Positions 19,583-28,960 of a DNA stretch of 64,000 nt are shown in pieces. The notes beneath the pieces were generated by a model. That model was not told the origin of the DNA. It searched no databases and saw only the letters and a program-made list of their open reading frames with translations. Each line of letters starts with the position of its first letter. Within the stretch, counting starts at the first letter, position 1. Made by a program: the position numbers and the translations under genes. Source of the stretch: Bryobacterales bacterium. GTDB lineage: Bacteria; Acidobacteriota; Terriglobia; Bryobacterales; UBA6623. The stretch lies in contig OY729428.2 of assembly GCA_963422375.2 (NCBI GenBank), positions 1,152,001-1,216,000 on the forward strand, in the 5' to 3' direction.

Positions 19583-20250
19583 TGTGAAACAAGACTCAGC
19601 CACCTAGGCACGGGGTGCACACTTCTACCGGTCGGACGAACAGCGATCTCCGCTGTGGCGTCTTCCTTGCTGCTCCGCCGTGCGTTCGCGACGGGTGCGG
19701 GCAGCCCCGATTGTGGCCCGGGCTCGCACGCTGGGCCAGGGGGGAGTGAGGGCGCGGGCCGCGCTAGGGGCGAGCACGGAGTCGCCGCCGGGCCGTCATC
19801 GCCCGGTGGAAGCCGTGAAACTGGCAGTCCTTGGCGCGGGCGGCCCCGCGGGGGTACTCGATCAGCAGCACCCGCAGGTGCGGGCTGCCGCTGCGGGCGA
19901 CGCCGGAGCGGCGCTTGCCGGCGCACTCGTTGCTGCCCGGGGGCAAGCCCGCCCAAGCCGCGAAATGCTCCGCGCCGGGGAAGGCGGCAGGCGCCCAGGG
20001 CGTCGACCCCGGGCATGATCTGCAGCACAGACAGCAGGGGCTCGCGCTCCCGCAGGCTCTCCTCCAGGCGACCGTCCAGCGCGGCTAAGTTCGCGAACGA
20101 AGGGTCGAAGACCTGCAGCTGCCGGCGCAGAATCCAGAGCCCCTCGCCGTCGAGGCGGCCCTGCAGGACCTCCGCGCGACCGTCCAGCGAGGCGAGGATC
20201 TGCGCGCTCGGGAGGCCCTCGACCGGGCGGGCGAGCAGAGGCGGCACCCG
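19583..20250 (-). mobile_element. IS110-family transposase remnant (C-terminal part, frameshifted)
   Basis: LQIMPGVD, then in a shifted frame HFAAWAGLPPGSNECAGKRRSG…LRVLLIE…AARAKDCQFHGFH; element boundary approximate. Confidence 0.8.
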
Positions 20251-20287
20251 TTCAGGCCGAACTGGTGGCTATTTCGGTCGGGAGCGA

Positions 20288-20795
20288 TGGCGCATTCGGA
20301 GAAGTCGCGATCAAGCGTTCCAATCCCAAGCGACTGCGCAGTCCGATTTGACGTGATCCTCCTTTCCGGTCAGTAGCGATCGCGTTTGCTGTTCCAAGGA
20401 CAGGGACCGGGGCGTCGCGGCAGCGAGCGCTGGGTCCCGGGAGGGGGCGCGATGCGGAGAGCGAGCATCGCGATGTTCGACATCGAACAGGTCCTACCAC
20501 TGCAACACGAAGGCGGGCCCAGCCAGAGTGAGATCGCCCGGACATGCGGCTTGGGCCAGTCGATTGTGAACGGCCTGCTGCAGCGGGCCGCCCGGGCAGC
20601 CTGGGATGGCCCTGGATGAGGCCGCCCTACGGGACAGGCTGTGCCGCCAACAGTGCGCGCGCCGGGACCTGACGATGATCCAGTAGCACCCGCCGGGACA
20701 TAAGGTCTTCGTGGACTACGCCGGCCAGACCGTGACGGTCTTGGACGTGCCCACGGGCCAGAAGCGCGAGGCGCAGGTGTTCGTGGCCGTGCCAA
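20288..20795 (+). mobile_element. IS21-family istA remnant
   Basis: HTH-like MFDIEQVLPLQHEGGPSQSEIARTCGLG and VFVDYAGQTVTVLDVPTGQKREAQVFVAV; stops and deletions; degenerate GATC..TTCC end repeats at ~20290-20370. Confidence 0.8.
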
Positions 20796-20864
20796 AGACT
20801 CTTGGGCCAACCGACCGGCATGCACAAAGGGCACGGCACGTGCCGATGGCGTGCCCGCCAATGC

Positions 20865-23852
20865 TCAGGGAGTGTCGCCGAAGAGGCCCGCCTGCTTGGC
20901 AGGTGTTGTCCGCGCCAATCGCGTTATCTCCGACCAGCTCTGAACGAGGGTGTTGTATCGCAGCGCTTCAGCAGCGCGCTTCTTCCGGTCGCAGAGCGTG
21001 TAGAGTCGGTAGCAGAGTTCGCGAGCCGCCTCGGCCCTCCCGCCAAGGGCGGTGACGATTTTAGCCGCGCAGGTCTCCCCGCGCTTCTCGAGAACCCGAA
21101 TGAGATGGTGGACCGTCTCCCACGTGGTCAACCGTGCGTCGCCGGCCGGATCCCAAGCGTCGGACAACTCATCTGGAGTCAGCAGGCGTACCGTGCCGCC
21201 CTTCGACACCAGAATACCTGCTTCACGCATCCCGGTGACGGACGTGTTCTTCGCCTTGGAGAGTGTCTCGGCGATGCCATAGTCGCCTTCGCCGAAGCCG
21301 TGCTGCGCGAACCAATCGAGCGCCCAGCGGCTGTCCGAATCGAAGTCACCCTCTTGCTCGGCGAGAACCTCGTCGAGAATCTGGTTGATGAGCGCCAGTG
21401 CTTCTCGAACCGACATGTGCTTGCCGGCTGCATCGAGCACCCTCTCGTAGCGCGTGTACACGGCCATGCCGGGGCCGATGGCGGCCTGGGCCAGATCCAC
21501 GGGGGCCACGTTGCCGGACTGCAGCAGGCGCAGCGCCGGGGGCAGCTCCGCGCGCAGGGCGGCCAGGAACTCGCGGCGCGCGGCCGCCGGGGCGCCCGGC
21601 GGGCGCCGGCGGCACACGAGGACGATGCTGGAGGCGAGGGCGTTCGTGCCCATGCCGACCATGCGGTTGCTCAGCTCGGTCCGCATCGGCCACGTGCCGG
21701 TGATGGCGAACCCGGATCGGATCGCGGCGTCCAGGAACGTCTCCCAGCCCGTGCTCGCGACTCCCGTCCCCCCTTTCCGCTCCGACTGCTTGAAGGCGTA
21801 GTAGATGGTGACCGGGAAACCGGGATGCGACCGCCCCGCGAGCCGGCCGAGCGCCCGCGTCATGCCGTCTAGGAAGAAGCGCTCCGCGGCATCGCGGCTG
21901 CCGTGGCGGTACGGCGTGGCGACCAGCTCCTCGGCCTTCGGGACTGCCAGCGTGGCGAACAGGTCCGGGAACACCGGCTTCAGCGAGCGGCGGAGCCAGA
22001 CGTAGAAGAAGTCCGACAGGTCGGCGTAGCCGATGTTGTCGTAATACGGCGGATCGGTTGATAGGAGCTTCGCGCCTCCAATCGATTGTGAGGATGCGTC
22101 GATTTGTAAGCTGCTGCCATATACCGTGGCACGTGCGTTGAGAAGAAACTTCTCGATCCATTTCAAGAGCGAAGCGAAGCTGCCACTGGAACCCGAGAAT
22201 GGATTCCCTTCCGCGAAATCCCAGGTCATTGGAATCGCCTGGCGCGCGAAGGTGTTCCGAATCTTCGCATACCCAACATCCCAACTGGAGATCGTCGAGA
22301 GACGATCAGCGAGACGATCGACGCCCAAGCTCAGATACAGGGACACCGCCTCGGCGTACGCCGTCGCGCCCGCGCCGCCCTCGCGCAGGGGCCGCCCGTC
22401 GTCGATCAGCCCCGCCGCGACCGCGTCCCGCCGGACGCGCTCCGCCGCCGCGCCCACCAGGTCCGAGAAGGTCGTCAGGGCGACGAGCTGGCGGGAGGTG
22501 AAGAGGTCAGCCCAGCGGAGCATCCCGTACTCCTGCACACGAAAGCCAAGCGCCCGTTGGGGAAGATCGGTCTCGGGAGACCACGCCGGGCGGGTTTCCG
22601 TTGCCGCGACTTCCTGGTCAGGCGGGGGAGTCAAGTAGATCCGTTCGCGGTTGCCCTCCGCGACTACTGCGAGCAGACGTGAACCCATCCGTCCCGCCTT
22701 GCCCTCCGCCCGCAGGTAGTCGAACGGCATCGGCGTTCCCGACATCAGGCAGAGGAAAGGCTTGCCGCTGCCGCCAGCCTTCGTGCCCCGCTTGGCAGCT
22801 GCCGCATCCGGCGGCGCGCCGACCTTCACCTCGAACCGATACCCCCGCCCCTCGATCACCGGCTCGACATACGCCTCCTTGCCCTGCTTCGTCGACAGCA
22901 TCCACGTCGACGCCAGCGGCACCTCCACGTCCGCGAACGCCGGGTTCGGACTCCGCACCGTCCGCGCCCACAGCCACGCAATCACCGTCAGCTTGCGCCC
23001 CGCATACCGCTGCAGGTCCGGACGCTCTCGCACCAGCGCCGGCGTGACCTCCACCGCCGGGTACAGATGCCCGATCCGCTCCGCCGCCTCGTCCCGCATC
23101 CACCGCCCGTAGCGCCGCACGTCCTCGGCCAGCCCCCGCGCGCCGCGCCATGCCTTCTCGACGAGGTTCCGCTCGGCCCGGGCATCCGGATGCACCGGCG
23201 CCCGGCGCGCGAACCGCGGCGGGATCTCGATCATCGCCTTGTTGATCAGCACCGCCACCGGGTTCAGGTCGCTCGCGTGGGCCTCGAGGCCGAGGCGCTG
23301 CGCCTCCAGCGGCAGCGAGCCGCCGCCCGCGAACGGATCGTGGAACGCCGGCAGGCGACCCGGGTCGAACAGTTCGGGCGCACGCGGATGGCCGGCGTGC
23401 TCGGCGCAGGCCCGGCGCCAGCTCCGCCGGATCTCGGCCCGCGCGCGCTCGAGCACCGTCTCGTTGGCCGTGTTCTCCCACAAGACCAGCTCCCGCACGA
23501 TGCCGAACAGGCGCTCGCGCTCCTGCTCGGCGGCGACCTCCCGCAGCGCCGCCCGCTCGTCCTCGCGGTTCGTCGCCGCTGGTACATCGCTAGCCGGCCG
23601 GCGCCGCCTGAGCACCCGCAGAGCGGCGCTCCTCCTCTCCGGGTCCTTCAGCAGCGCGTCGACGTACTCCGAGGGATCATCGACCATCTGCGCGAAGATC
23701 ACGGCGCGCGCCGCCGCCAGCGGTCGCCGCGCCCACCACAGATGCAGCGTCGACGGATGGCCATGGCGGATCGACTTTTCCCGCGCCGACGCCGCGTTGA
23801 TGGCGTCCAGCGGCAGCGCGACCTCGATCAGTTTCCTGCGGTCCGGGCTCAC
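20865..23852 (-). CDS. DUF1156-domain DNA amino-methyltransferase, copy A (intact)
   Basis: [10 protein letters not shown]…[11 protein letters not shown], motif [14 protein letters not shown], motif [17 protein letters not shown] before GTG at 23852. Confidence 0.92.
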   Translation of the reverse strand: MSPDRRKLIEVALPLDAINAASAREKSIRHGHPSTLHLWWARRPLAAARAVIFAQMVDDPSEYVDALLKDPERRSAALRVLRRRRPASDVPAATNREDERAALREVAAEQERERLFGIVRELVLWENTANETVLERARAEIRRSWRRACAEHAGHPRAPELFDPGRLPAFHDPFAGGGSLPLEAQRLGLEAHASDLNPVAVLINKAMIEIPPRFARRAPVHPDARAERNLVEKAWRGARGLAEDVRRYGRWMRDEAAERIGHLYPAVEVTPALVRERPDLQRYAGRKLTVIAWLWARTVRSPNPAFADVEVPLASTWMLSTKQGKEAYVEPVIEGRGYRFEVKVGAPPDAAAAKRGTKAGGSGKPFLCLMSGTPMPFDYLRAEGKAGRMGSRLLAVVAEGNRERIYLTPPPDQEVAATETRPAWSPETDLPQRALGFRVQEYGMLRWADLFTSRQLVALTTFSDLVGAAAERVRRDAVAAGLIDDGRPLREGGAGATAYAEAVSLYLSLGVDRLADRLSTISSWDVGYAKIRNTFARQAIPMTWDFAEGNPFSGSSGSFASLLKWIEKFLLNARATVYGSSLQIDASSQSIGGAKLLSTDPPYYDNIGYADLSDFFYVWLRRSLKPVFPDLFATLAVPKAEELVATPYRHGSRDAAERFFLDGMTRALGRLAGRSHPGFPVTIYYAFKQSERKGGTGVASTGWETFLDAAIRSGFAITGTWPMRTELSNRMVGMGTNALASSIVLVCRRRPPGAPAAARREFLAALRAELPPALRLLQSGNVAPVDLAQAAIGPGMAVYTRYERVLDAAGKHMSVREALALINQILDEVLAEQEGDFDSDSRWALDWFAQHGFGEGDYGIAETLSKAKNTSVTGMREAGILVSKGGTVRLLTPDELSDAWDPAGDARLTTWETVHHLIRVLEKRGETCAAKIVTALGGRAEAARELCYRLYTLCDRKKRAAEALRYNTLVQSWSEITRLARTTPAKQAGLFGDTP
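21446..21646. repeat. Outer inverted repeat, left arm (201 bp; partner 28046-28246)
   Basis: Reverse complement matches 28046-28246 with no mismatch seen; encodes NALASS…VYTRY. Confidence 0.9.
22336..23840. repeat. Inner inverted repeat, left arm (~1.5 kb; partner ~25853-27360)
   Basis: Near-identical reverse complement with a few SNPs and short divergent patches; inner boundary approximate. Confidence 0.9.
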
Positions 23853-23871
23853 AACAGACTCCACCAAGGAT

Positions 23872-24240
23872 CTACGGCCCGAGCACCTGCACGAGGCTGG
23901 GCCTGCGGATGCGGCCCGCGGCGCGGACCACGTACACCGCGTCGTAGCCCGGCACCTTCCACTGCCCCGCGAAGTCGGCGGCGAACCCGAGCAGTTCGTG
24001 CCCGTTTCCGACTAGGGCCATGCCCAACGCTTCGACGAGCGACAGGGCTTCCTGCACCTTGGACGCCTGACTTCCGGGCAGGAGGCACAGCACCGCTAGC
24101 AACTCGTTCATGAAGAGATCCGGAGTCGCGTACGGTGAAGGTTCGCGCCCGATCTTGGCAAGCACCAGCGCGGCTTCCTCGACAAGTGGGTCGTCCGTCA
24201 CGAACCACTTGATCGTGACCGAGGAATCGACCACGATCAC
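23872..24240 (-). CDS. vapC: PIN-domain (VapC-type) toxin, probably with a C-terminal internal deletion
   Basis: MIVVDSSVTIKW, E in MNELL, YDAVYV; the usual terminal LTAD motif is missing; overlaps the antitoxin stop codon. Confidence 0.75.
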   Translation of the reverse strand: MIVVDSSVTIKWFVTDDPLVEEAALVLAKIGREPSPYATPDLFMNELLAVLCLLPGSQASKVQEALSLVEALGMALVGNGHELLGFAADFAGQWKVPGYDAVYVVRAAGRIRRPSLVQVLGP

Positions 24241-24500
24241 GACCGCAAATCGCGCAGCACGTCGAGGGTCGTTCCAGCCGCGGGCGACCCGAACTTGAGT
24301 TGCTTCAACCGGGCGATCACTTCTCGGCGCTGATCGTCGGCATACCGGTCAACGCACCGTTCGCGGTAGTCCTTGATGCTCACGAGTGCGGCCGCAGGGG
24401 TGTGCCGGCGACACACCGGAATGGGATTGCCGCCACGTTCGAGCTGGTCGACCACCTTGCCGAAGGAGTGGCGGAGATCCAAAGCGTTCACAGTCTCCAT
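24237..24500 (-). CDS. Phd/YefM-family antitoxin
   Basis: METVNALDLRHSFGKVVDQLERGGNPIPVCRRHTPAAALVSIKDY; translationally coupled to the PIN gene. Confidence 0.8.
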   Translation of the reverse strand: METVNALDLRHSFGKVVDQLERGGNPIPVCRRHTPAAALVSIKDYRERCVDRYADDQRREVIARLKQLKFGSPAAGTTLDVLRDLRS

Positions 24501-24654
24501 GGCTTGCCCCAGCATCCTACTTGCACAGTTTGGTGTCAAGAGCGTGCCCGCTGTCTCCTCGGCCGACACCGCGGCCACTCCGCTGGCGACGGAACGGCCG
24601 TTCGAGTTCCGGGTCGTCGTGGGTTCCTGTGCGTCGGGAGCCGGTGCCGACGGG

Positions 24655-24900
24655 AGCTTCGCGATAGCACCTCCGATTTGCTCGGCCGCTGCCTCGGGCG
24701 CTCGGTTGCTGAAATGCGCCTAACGCAGCGTTATCCGGCTTTGCGCATGACCGAGCAGGCGCGAGACCACCGGCAGCGGTACGGACCGTATCACGGCGTG
24801 GCTCGCGCACGCGTACCACAGATCGTGCAAGCGCACGACCGCGATCCCGGCCTGTTGGCTCACCTTCCGCCACAAGGACAGCCCGCCTGAGTGGCTCTGC
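24655..24900 (-). pseudogene. Tyrosine recombinase/integrase C-terminal remnant
   Basis: VRLHDLWY (for HDLRH), VSRLLGH, TLR*AHF with TAG at the catalytic Tyr position, then EAAAEQIG; N-terminal part absent. Confidence 0.82.
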
Positions 24901-25144
24901 GACGAATCGGTCAGCGAGGAAAACACCTACGCGCCCCCCGCCCCGTCTTTCTTGGGGTATAGGCCCCAGCGCAGCGGAACCAATCACTAGACTCCCGCTA
25001 GGGCAGGATCTGATTGCGCAAGTACGCCCGATTGACTTTGGCGGTCCGCGGCTTTCACGAGCGCCCGTGGCGGTGGAAGACTTCCTCGGAGACCGTCTCG
25101 AAACGGGCGCCACTGGCTGTCGTCCATGTGGTATGGTTTGCCAT

Positions 25145-25381
25145 ATGAAGACGACCCTCAACATCGACGATTCGGTCATGCAGCGCCTGCGGGAAGAGGC
25201 GGTACGACGCGGAACCACTATGTCCATGCTCGTCGAAGCAGGTCTCCGGCGCGTGCTCGCCGCTCCCAAGGTCATGGGTTCGTCGGAGACCCTGCCTCCG
25301 CTGCCGTCGTGGAACGGAGGAGAGGAACTGGTCAACATTTCGGACCGGGAAGCGCTCTACCGGTCCATGGAAGAGGAATGA
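25145..25381 (+). CDS. vapB: RHH/CopG-type VapB antitoxin
   Basis: MKTTLNIDDSVMQRLREEAVRRGTTMSMLVEAGLR; directly upstream of a PIN gene; TGGTATGGT just upstream. Confidence 0.85.
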   Translation: MKTTLNIDDSVMQRLREEAVRRGTTMSMLVEAGLRRVLAAPKVMGSSETLPPLPSWNGGEELVNISDREALYRSMEEE

Positions 25382-25382
25382 C

Positions 25383-25823
25383 GTGCTCCTGTTCGACACC
25401 AACGTGCTGGTGTACGCGGCCAACAGGGACTCCGCGTTTCACCTTCCGTGTCGCGAGCGGCTCGGAGAAGCGCGTTGCGATCCTTCTCCAGCATTTCTTA
25501 CGTGGAGCGTCTGCTACGAGTTTCTGCGGGTGACCACCCATCCGCGTGCTCTCCGGTCACCGTGGCGAGCGGAGGATGCGTATCGCTTCGTTGCAGACCT
25601 GCTTGCGTCGCCGGGGTTCGATCTGCTGATCGCGACTCCACGTCACGCGGCTGTGCTGGCGCATACGCTGTCGGAACTGCCCGACCTTCGCGGCAACGTG
25701 CTGCACGACGTGCATACGGCGGTGCTCATGCGCGAGCACGGCGTCAGCCGCATCTGTACTCGCGATGCCGACTTCGGCCGGTTTCCGTTCCTGACAGTCG
25801 TCGACCCGCTCGACCAAGCCTGA
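25383..25823 (+). CDS. vapC: PIN-domain VapC toxin
   Basis: [35 protein letters not shown]: all four acidic PIN residues present. Confidence 0.92.
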   Translation: MLLFDTNVLVYAANRDSAFHLPCRERLGEARCDPSPAFLTWSVCYEFLRVTTHPRALRSPWRAEDAYRFVADLLASPGFDLLIATPRHAAVLAHTLSELPDLRGNVLHDVHTAVLMREHGVSRICTRDADFGRFPFLTVVDPLDQA

Positions 25824-25834
25824 CGGAGCTGCTG

Positions 25835-28246
25835 GTGACTAGGTCGCACGTGCGCAGGAAACTGATCGAGGTCGCGCTGCCGCTGGACGCCATCAACGCG
25901 GCGTCGGCGCGGGAAAAGTCGATCCGCCATGGCCATCCGTCGACGCTGCATCTGTGGTGGGCGCGGCGACCGCTGGCGGCGGCGCGCGCCGTGATCTTCG
26001 CGCAGATGGTCGATGATCCCTCGGAGTACGTCGACGCGCTGCTGAAGGACCCGGAGAGGAGGAGCGCCGCTCTGCGGGTGCTCAGGCGGCGCCGGCCGGC
26101 TAGCGATGTACCAGCGGCGACGAACCGCGAGGACGAGCGGGCGGCGCTGCGGGAGGTCGCCGCCGAGCAGGAGCGCGAGCGCCTGTTCGGCATCGTGCGG
26201 GAGCTGGTCTTGTGGGAGAACACGGCCAACGAGAGGGTGCTCGAGCGGGCCCGGGCCGAGATCCGGCGGAGCTGGCGCCGGGCGTGCGCCGAGCACGCCG
26301 GCCATCCGCGTGCGCCCGAACTGTTCGACCCGGGTCGCCTGCCGGCGTTCCACGATCCGTTCGCGGGCGGCGGCTCGCTGCCGCTGGAGGCGCAGCGCCT
26401 CGGCCTCGAGGCCCACGCGAGCGACCTGAACCCGGTGGCGGTGCTGATCAACAAGGCGATGATCGAGATCCCGCCGCGGTTCGCGCGCCGGGCGCCGGTG
26501 CATCCGGATGCCCGGGCCGAGCGGAACCTCGTCGAGAAGGCATGGCGCGGCGCGCGGGGGCTGGCCGAGGACGTGCGGCGCTACGGGCGGTGGATGCGGG
26601 ACGAGGCGGCGGAGCGGATCGGGCATCTGTACCCGGCGGTGGAGGTCACGCCGGCGCTGGTGCGGGAGCGTCCGGACCTGCAGCGGTATGCGGGGCGCAA
26701 GCTGACGGTGATTGCGTGGCTGTGGGCGCGGACGGTGCGGAGTCCGAACCCGGCGTTCGCGGACGTGGAGGTGCCGCTGGCGTCGACGTGGATGCTGTCG
26801 ACGAAGAAGGGCCGGGAGGCGCATGTCGAGCCGGTGATCGAGGGGCGGGAGTATCGGTTCGTAGTACGTGCCGGAGCGCCGCCGGATGCGAAGGCGGCCA
26901 AGCGGGGGACGAAGGCTGGCGGCAGCGGCAAGCCTTTCCTCTGCCTGCTGTCGGGAACGCCGATGCCGTTCGACTACCTGCGGGTGGAGGGCAAGGCGGG
27001 ACGGATGAGTTCACGTCTGCTCGCAGTGGTCGCGGAGGGCAACCGCGAACGGATCTACTTGAGTCCCCCGCCTGACCAGGAAGTCGCGGCAACAGAAGCC
27101 CACCCGGCGTGGTCTCCCGAGACCGATCTTCCCCAACGGGCGCTTGGCTTTCGTGTGCAGGAGTACGGGATGCTCCGCTGGGCTGACCTCTTCACATCCC
27201 GCCAGCTCGTCGCCCTGACGACCTTCTCGGACCTGGTGGGCGCGGCGGCGGAGCGCGTCCGGCGGGACGCCGCGGCCGCCGGCCTGCCCGAGGACGGCAA
27301 GCCGCTGCGCGACGGCGGGACGGGCGCGACCGCGTACGCCGAGGCGGTGTCCCTGTATCTGGCGTTCGCATTGTCGAAAATCGCGAATGTCGGTTCATCC
27401 ATTACGTCGTGGATGAGCGACCGCGGTGCGTTTCGTGAGACCTTCGCTCGACAAGCCATTCCAATGATGTGGGACTTCGCCGAAGCGAATCCATTCGCCG
27501 GCGCTGGAGGCAGTCTGACAGCGGCTCTGAGCAAGGGGGCATGGTGATCGACGCCCTTCCCGCAACGCTGCGCGGCTTGAGCAACCAACGGGATGCCGCA
27601 AGCCAAGCGATTCATGCCAGTGTGCTGATATCGACAGATCCACCCTACTATGACAACATCGGCTACGCCGACCTCTCGGATTTCTTCTACGTCTGGCTTC
27701 GTCGCTCGTTGCGATCGGTGTTCCCGGAGTTGTTCGCAACCGTCGCCGTACCGAAGGCCGAGGAATTGGTGGCCACGCCATACCGCCACGGCGGCAAGGC
27801 GGCGGCGAAGAGGTTCTTTCTTAGCGGCATGACCAAGGCTCTCAGCAACCTTGCCGACCACGCGCATCCCGGATTTCCGGCGACGATCTACTATGCGTTC
27901 AAGCAGTCTGAGACGACTGGAGACAGCGGGACCGCGAGTACGGGCTGGGAGACCTTCCTTGGTGCGGTTATCCGGGCCGGTTTCGCGATCTCAGGCACTT
28001 GGCCGGTGCGAACCGAAGGAGCAGGACGTATCCTTGCGAGAGACGCGAACGCCCTCGCCTCCAGCATCGTCCTCGTGTGCCGCCGGCGCCCGCCGGGCGC
28101 CCCGGCGGCCGCGCGCCGCGAGTTCCTGGCCGCCCTGCGCGCGGAGCTGCCCCCGGCGCTGCGCCTGCTGCAGTCCGGCAACGTGGCCCCCGTGGATCTG
28201 GCCCAGGCCGCCATCGGCCCCGGCATGGCCGTGTACACGCGCTACG
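25835..28246 (+). pseudogene. DUF1156 methyltransferase copy B: alternative variable region, 1-nt frameshift near 27535-27540, no C-terminus
   Basis: GGAG SD and GTG at 25835; 5' part nearly identical to copy A; adding one base at AAGGGGGCATG restores the frame to TDPPYY; homology to A stops at 28246. Confidence 0.9.
28046..28246. repeat. Outer inverted repeat, right arm
   Basis: Identical to the reverse complement of 21446-21646. Confidence 0.9.
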
Positions 28247-28629
28247 CACCGTCGCACGTCGCGTGTCACTTCCACAGCCATCGTCCCGTGCCCTCGACCT
28301 AATGCGCTTCCCCATTGCGCAAGAGGTGCTCAATATCTCTCCTGATCCCTATTCCACTCGCTTTATGGGACGGCGCAAGCATGACTTCCTCAGGCGATTG
28401 GCTCGCTAGAGGAGTATGGAGACCTCGGCAGATCGGCAGGTTGGTCCATCGCTCTGCACGGTCGCCCCTCTGCGGAACGCCGGCGCGTGCGTCGAGACTC
28501 TGAAGCGCGCGCCGGGGGCGCGGTTGGATCGCTGTCGGTGGATGGCCGTTCACCGCGTGCCGACCAAGTTGGGCACTCGCTCGCAGGCAGTCCTCAGACG
28601 GCGGCTGCGGTTCCTTCAGACAAGCTGCT

Positions 28630-28960
28630 AAGTCCTTTCGATGAAAGGACTTGACCGTTGTCCTCCCTGCGCTTCAGTCCGCTCGGGGGACGGTCTCGGC
28701 AGCTTGCGGACAGAGCGTGTATTTCTACTCAGGCAGGTCCTTCATCGCCCTGGCGCATATCTTGACGCCCTTGGGGTATTCCTCCGAAAACAGCACGGCT
28801 GCCGCACGCACCTGGTCCGAGTGACGGTGGCTCGGATGAACCGCGCCATTGTGTCGAGGCTGTCCAGCGGATGCCCGGCCCAGTTGTGGCTGACGAAGCT
28901 GAACACCTTGTCTTCTACGGGGTGCCAATTGTTCTGTGCCGCGACACATCGCAAGTGGAG
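28630..28960 (-). mobile_element. ISAzo13-like transposase 3' remnant with nearby palindrome
   Basis: NWHPVEDKVFSFVSHNWAGHPLDS…FIRATVTRT and YPKGVKI in shifted frames; perfect 10-bp hairpin AAGTCCTTTC-GAT-GAAAGGACTT at 28630-28652. Confidence 0.75.

Noticed and set aside
19589..19602. 14-bp match ACAAGACTCAGCCA shared with the IS1595 TIR at ~45574
   Set aside because: A few 14-mer matches are expected by chance in 64 kb, and the two elements belong to different families.
20865..28246. Diversity-generating retroelement (TR/VR pair) as the explanation for the duplicated DUF1156
   Set aside because: No reverse transcriptase in the window; the differences are block-wise and not restricted to adenines; the 201-bp arms are identical.
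28300..28625. Short ORFs or ncRNA after DUF1156 copy B
   Set aside because: No recognisable motif or convincing structure; left unannotated.
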